Source: Basidiobolus meristosporus CBS 931.73 (Eukaryota > Fungi > Basidiobolomycota). Taken from it: DNA of 64,000 bases. The notes beneath the pieces were generated by a model, which saw only the letters and a program-made list of their open reading frames with translations, had not been told where the DNA came from and ran no database searches. The stretch spans positions 49,552-113,551 of the forward strand of contig MCFE01000254.1 of NCBI GenBank assembly GCA_002104905.1. The letters are read 5' to 3'. Each line of letters begins with the position of its first letter. Position 1 is the stretch's first letter. The translations under genes and the position numbers were made by a program. Of the stretch, positions 59,518 to 64,000 are shown one piece after another.

Positions 59518-60609
59518 TCAGGCAGAGGTTGTAGCTTCTTCAGAGGCAGCATTGACAATGTGACCTGCAGAGTCCCAGAGCTCTTCAAATGGTGCATCAC
59601 TTAAGTCAGCAAGGAGGGAAATGGCATGATTCTTGAGGAAGTATGCCACATCATAGGAGGGGGCTTGTCTCTTGATGGCAGCAAAGAATGACAGAATGGC
59701 AACATGGGCTGGAGGCTTGTTGAACAGTAGAGAGTCAGAGGATTCAGATTCTTCAGGCACTATCTTGAAGTCAGTTTTCAGCCAGTTAAGGTTCTTCTCC
59801 ACAAAGGCAACAAATGAGTCAGCAATGTTTTGGTCTAGGATAAACTCCAGAATCTTCCCTTTTCTCCAGGCCAGGTTGACAATTCTTGAGAGCTGAATAT
59901 TGCATGCCTTGAGTGCTTTCCTGATGTTGGAAATGGGAGTCCAGGGAACTTGCTTCAAGTACACCACAGTCCAGGTAGAAGCTGGTGGTAGGTTTGCTGG
60001 GGGCTTGTAAGTCCTTCTGTGTTGCAATGGAGCTGCAGTAGTCAGATTGGAGTCCACATTCTCAGTAGAGGGTTTTCTTGATGTGTTTTGCTGAATGGTA
60101 CTGGAGCTGGATGTGCTGATAATTCTTGCTAGAACCTTGCCTGCATAAGTCTGAGGAATAGCTGAGGTGACTGTAGAGGTGGTGGCAGCTGGTGGAGGTG
60201 GAGAGGCAGAAACTGAAGCAGGAACTGAGGTCACCTGGGAGAAGGCAGTAGAAGCAGGTTTTCTGGGAGGAACAGAGTTCACTATCCAGTTGTTCTGTAA
60301 AACACTGGAGTAGCTTTTCTGTGGAACAGGATCTTGCTCTTGAACAGGAACAGAAGCAGGAGGCTGGGGCTGAGCAGTAGTGGTAAGGCAGTGGCACTCC
60401 AAGGAAGCTTTTTGCAAGGCATCTCTGGCAGTTTTCAGGGCAGTATTGGCTTCATTCTTGAGCTTCTTGCATTGAGCATCCAGTCTCTTGTTTTCAATAG
60501 CCAGGGCAGTATTGGCAGCCTCTAAATCAGCAATTTTCTTCTCAATTGTAAGGAATCTCTGAAGAAATGCATCAGTAGAAGTGCTGGCATCTGGGAGAGC
60601 AGTTGCAGG
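59518..60609 (-). CDS. Family A ORF1 (coiled coil, S/T/P linker, RRM-like domain), open to the 5' junction, no ATG
   Basis: My translation extends the track ORF to PATALPDASTSTDAFLQRFLTIEKKIADLEAANTALAIENKRLDAQCKKLK; WTVVYLKQVP...IRKAL...IVNLAW domain. Confidence 0.8.
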   Translation of the reverse strand, partial: PATALPDASTSTDAFLQRFLTIEKKIADLEAANTALAIENKRLDAQCKKLKNEANTALKTARDALQKASLECHCLTTTAQPQPPASVPVQEQDPVPQKSYSSVLQNNWIVNSVPPRKPASTAFSQVTSVPASVSASPPPPAATTSTVTSAIPQTYAGKVLARIISTSSSSTIQQNTSRKPSTENVDSNLTTAAPLQHRRTYKPPANLPPASTWTVVYLKQVPWTPISNIRKALKACNIQLSRIVNLAWRKGKILEFILDQNIADSFVAFVEKNLNWLKTDFKIVPEESESSDSLLFNKPPAHVAILSFFAAIKRQAPSYDVAYFLKNHAISLLADLSDAPFEELWDSAGHIVNAASEEATTSA

Positions 60610-60627
60610 AGGGTTAGGGTTAGGGTT

Positions 60628-61568
60628 CTAGTGCTTTATTGGGATAATGAGTATTGTAATGGAACATACACACTAAAGGAGCCAATACTAGCTGATGTGA
60701 AGCCTGTGTAAGCAAGAGGGATAGCTGGGAGTGTTCAGAGTGTGAAAATTATGTCAAAGTGGTTTGAACATGAAAGGGATAAGGTAATCTCATAGTAGCT
60801 GGTAATCATTTGTGTTAGTGGTACAGATATTTCAAGGCAGAAGCTCAGGTCTAATTGCAGCTATTATGCAATTTAATCTTCTGACCAAAGCTCTCTGAGT
60901 ATGAAACTGGAAGAGTGCATCAGTATCCTTGAATTCAAAGCATCTTTCAGCATGAGTATAGTAGAAGGGCTGCTTGCAGATTGGGCACTTGGAGCCCAGA
61001 CATATGGTATTCATCCTCCATCTTATAGCCTGGAGGGAATAGAAGGTGCTCTTCAGGTACAATGACACATCAGCACCACTATGTGTGTGTCTACTGTCTT
61101 TTCTGATAAGCCTAATTCTATCCCTTGATGTAGTAACTTGTGATATATTCTGAAGTCTCCTTTGATGCATTGCAACCCAAAGGGGAATCTGTCCACCAGG
61201 AGGTGCACTGCTGTTGGCTAGTACATATTGTTCGTAGCCAGCTGGGCAATGTACTCCTTTTTTGATTAAAGAGTTTGGAGTAGTGTCTATTCTTCTTCCT
61301 ACAATGGCATCTACCAAAGCCCTCAATGGGTTGTCAGGGCTAGACTTTGCAAAGTGCTGGCCAAACCTGATACTTAAAGTCTCAAATCTCTGGGATACTG
61401 ATTCAATGCCAGTCAAGCTTTGAATCAATCTATGGTACTGTTTAGTATGATACAGAAAAGAACTTACTACCCAGCCTAAGCTTTCCCTTTGTATTAGTTC
61501 AATTCTGTGCAAGATATCAGGACTGAGAGTGAAGTGCATCATTGGGGCAGAGTACTCCCAGCAAGATC
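60628..61568 (-). mobile_element. Telomeric non-LTR family C, 5'-truncated 3' fragment
   Basis: RSCWEYSAP post-RT motif; C-terminal CPICKQPFYYTHAERC zinc knuckle; stop at 60832; about 200-bp 3' UTR ending AATAAAGCACTAG; telomeric repeats on both sides. Confidence 0.8.
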
Positions 61569-61580
61569 TTAGGGTTAGGG

Positions 61581-62077
61581 GGGGGAGACAGTCACCAAGA
61601 GGTGAAATCTTTATTTCAGTTGAAACAAAGAAGCCCGCGCTACTGTTGTAGCTTTGATACAAGAGTGTGTAGCTGAGGGGAATTTGTAGGTAAGTTAATA
61701 AGAAGTGATGATAGTTCTTCAGTGCTCAAGACACTGTTCAGTGGGAAGGGGGGTAGCAAGAGAGGTAAGAATGACTTGTGAACAACATTAATGAGGGGAA
61801 TGTGATAAGGATTGATATTCATCATAAAGGGAGTGTGCTGCAGCAGATATTGCTGCCAAAGGTCTGTCAAGTACTTCAGGTAGGCCAGCTTGGGTTTTTC
61901 TGACTGCAGAATATAGTGAGCAAACTTCTTGACTTCAGGATCTCCAAGTATAGTTCTCCAGCAGAAGTCAGGTGTTGTGTGGTGTGTTCTCTTCCAGGCC
62001 TTAATCAGTGGGTTGTTGCAGTTGTGAAGTCTGAGGTATAATCTGGTTCTAAGGTAGAGAAGTCTGATCTTATAGGG
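61581..62077 (-). mobile_element. Family A 5'-truncated copy (A')
   Basis: Closely matches 56707-57186; begins after TTAGGGTTAGGG (61569-61580) with a G-run. Confidence 0.92.
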
Positions 62078-62695
62078 TGTTGTATCCAAGAGAAAGTGTA
62101 ATAAAACTCTTGAATGGTTTAACTGAACCAAAGGGACAATTAAGTGCAGAATCTTAGAATTGTCAGAGAGTGGCGGAAATATTAGCAGAAAGATTCTGAT
62201 CTAATATTGGTCTTGGAAATAGCTGGGTTGGCTATAAAGGCAATGATATTTGTTTGCTAGGCAGGCTAGGCTTGGTGTTCTTTGGAGTGCTAGATATACT
62301 AGGCTTGGATAGAAACTAGAACGGAATTGTTGGATTCTTATTTTTGCTGAGACAGAATCTTGATTTTGTTGAGACACACACTAAACCAAAAGGTTCAGTA
62401 CACTTTATTTATACTTTTCTGATCAAGTTGAATTAGTAAGTGCCAAGAGACTGGATTGATGGAAATCAATTTGGGTGTTCATAGGTGCATAGGATAAATG
62501 AAAATTACATCATCAATCAACTGATGTCTTGGAAGCTGCACAGTGGTTGGATAGATCTCAGATGACTAATCACCTGGGAAGGCTTGGCAGATAGGTTGAT
62601 AACGTGATGACCATTTGAAAATAGATCAGGTGTGATAGCTAAAAATAGATTCTGAGGTGGGATCAAATAAACTGTAACTGGGATTTGTTATGTTT
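62078..62695. other. LTR-like non-coding segment (D) starting TGTTG, capped distally by telomeric repeats
   Basis: Abrupt loss of A homology at 62077; TGTTG start, TATAAA and AATAAA motifs; no ORF. Confidence 0.35.
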
Positions 62696-62724
62696 GGGTT
62701 AGGGAAAATCAGTTAGGGTTAGGG

Positions 62725-62836
62725 GGGAGACAGTCACCAACAGGTGAAATCTTTATTTCAGTTGAAACAAAGAAGCCAGCGCTACTGTTGTAGCTTTGAT
62801 ACAAGAGTGTGTAGCTGAGGGGAATTTGTAGGTAAG
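62725..62836 (-). mobile_element. Family A 110-bp 3'-terminal copy (A'')
   Basis: Matches the A 3' end; preceded by TTAGGGTTAGGG, followed by GGTTAGGG. Confidence 0.9.
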
Positions 62837-62844
62837 GGTTAGGG

Positions 62845-63286
62845 GGAGGAAAGTCACCAAGTGGTGAAATCTTTATTTACTTATGACAAGTATCTAAAGA
62901 AGCCAAGTTAATCTGAAGTAGTTCCTAGTTAGCTAGGTCTGAGAGAGGTTTCCTGGAAAGCCAGGCCTGAGAAGTGAGAATCTGAATAAATCTGAGCTAA
63001 GTTATACTGGTTTGCGGTAGCTGAATTGTGGCCGGAATGGCCAGTAGACTGGGGGAACTGAGATGAATTTCTGGGCAATCACTGGCCAAATTCACTAGGC
63101 AAATCTGGCCAATTAGCATTTCAAGGATTTCAGCCAATCAGAGCCTTTGCTTTGCCCGATGGTTGATCAAGCCATCTCCCAATGAGCACACATCAATTTA
63201 TTGATCAAATTTTGCTGGATCCTGGATTTGAACCCACAACCATGGGTATGGAAGGGTTAGGGATAACCACAAGGCTAAGTGTTCTT
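62845..63286 (-). mobile_element. Element B: putative full-length tRNA-headed SINE sharing the family A 3' tail
   Basis: Minus-strand head TAGCCTTGTGG (A-box-like, starts 63277) and GGTTCAAATCC (B-box-like, starts 63234), 43 nt apart; no ORF; 3' end AAATAAAGATTTCACC-N4-GGTGACT as in A. Confidence 0.72.
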
Positions 63287-63294
63287 GGTTAGGG

Positions 63295-63432
63295 GAGGAA
63301 AGTCACCAAGTGGTGAAATCTTTATTTACTTATGACAAGTATCTAAAGAAGCCAAGTTAATCTGAAGTTATTTCTAGAAAGCTAGGTCTGAGAGATATCT
63401 TCCTGGTAAGCCAGGTCTAAGAGTTGAGAGGC
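63295..63432 (-). mobile_element. Element B 5'-truncated second copy (B')
   Basis: Identical to B over the 3'-terminal about 75 nt, then diverged; flanked by single TTAGGG units. Confidence 0.88.
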
Positions 63433-63438
63433 TTAGGG

Positions 63439-63762
63439 GGGAGACAGTCACCAACAGGTGAAATCTTTATTTCAGTTGAAACAAAGAAGCCAGCGCTACT
63501 GTTGTAGCTTTGATACAAGAGTGTGTAGCTGAGGGGAATTTGTAGGTAAGTTAATAAGAAGTGATGATAGTTCTTCAGTGCTCAAGACACTGTTCAGTGG
63601 GAAGGGGGGTAGCAAGAGAGGTAAGAATGACTTGTGAACAACATTAATGAGGGGAATGTGATAAGGATTGATATTCATCATAAAGGGAGTGTGCTGCAGC
63701 AGATATTGCTGCCAAAGGTCTGTCAAGTACTTCAGGTAGGCCAGCTTGGGTTTTTCTGACTG
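63439..63762 (-). mobile_element. Family A 5'-truncated copy (A''') directly under the telomere
   Basis: Matches A' sequence; ends at ...CTGACTG then GGTTTAGGG(TTAGGG)n. Confidence 0.93.
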
Positions 63763-64000
63763 GGTTTAGGGTTAGGGTTAGGGTTAGGGTTAGGGTTAGG
63801 GTTAGGGTTAGGGTTAGGGTTAGGGTTAGGGTTAGGGTTAGGGTTAGGGTTAGGGTTAGGGTTAGGGTTAGGGTTAGGGTTAGGGTTAGGGTTAGGGTTA
63901 GGGTTAGGGTTAGGGTTAGGGTTAGGGTTAGGGTTAGGGTTAGGGTTAGGGTTAGGGTTAGGGTTAGGGTTAGGGTTAGGGTTAGGGTTAGGGTTAGGGT
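63763..64000 (+). repeat. Telomere (TTAGGG)n, about 39 repeats, first unit a TTTAGGG variant
   Basis: Perfect repeats to the end of the window, G-rich strand running toward the end. Confidence 0.99.

Larger units (their letters stand above)
56707..60610 (-). mobile_element. Telomeric non-LTR retrotransposon family A, near-full-length copy (5'-truncated within ORF1)
   Basis: ORF1 plus APE-RT ORF2; short 3' UTR with AATAAA; 5' end capped by (GGGTTA)n at 60611-60627; 3' end abuts (TA)7. Confidence 0.93.

Noticed and set aside
61569-61662. N-terminus of the 276-aa track ORF (MYQSYNSSAGFF...PPLTL) as a real fusion protein
   Set aside because: It starts at TTG and reads through the A' 3' UTR and a telomeric spacer into truncated element C; a chance in-frame junction.
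62845-63286. Element B as the telomerase RNA gene
   Set aside because: It has a 9-nt CCCUAACCC, but it is multicopy, 5'-truncated in one copy, carries the LINE tail, and I see no template-adjacent pseudoknot. A SINE is the simpler reading.

Overview
This is the last 64 kb of an intron-rich fungal chromosome arm, ending in about 39 TTAGGG repeats. The species cannot be read from the sequence; an early-diverging fungus is my inference. No database searches were run, so family assignments rest on motifs recognised by eye. Layout: (1) 1-18.1 kb is a CpG-depleted nest of Ty3/Gypsy and Ty1/Copia elements. It includes a Copia with a GGTAC target-site duplication inserted in another Copia's LTR, itself interrupted by a PHIS (Pangu-like, ATT TSD) DNA transposon. 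(2) 18.5-48.4 kb is a compact CpG-rich gene block: nitroreductase, DPH2, TMF1/SGM1, SFP1, PPH3, RIB3, BUD23, epsin-like, cyclophilin A, CDC23, MRE11, COX4, a YY1-like zinc finger, tRNA-Arg and a YwbE-like gene. (3) 48.6-56.7 kb holds Copia debris, a solo LTR and a secreted DUF3472-like gene. (4) 56.7-63.76 kb is the main result: a head-to-tail stack of non-LTR retroelements, all pointing away from the chromosome end and separated by only 1-3 telomeric repeats. The stack contains an APE+RT LINE (family A) whose ORF2 follows ORF1 in frame across a single UGA-CUA, a second LINE family (C), and a 440-bp non-coding element (B). B has a tRNA-like A-box/B-box head, conserved hairpins and the same 3' hairpin tail as LINE A, so it looks like a telomere-targeted SINE/LINE partnership.
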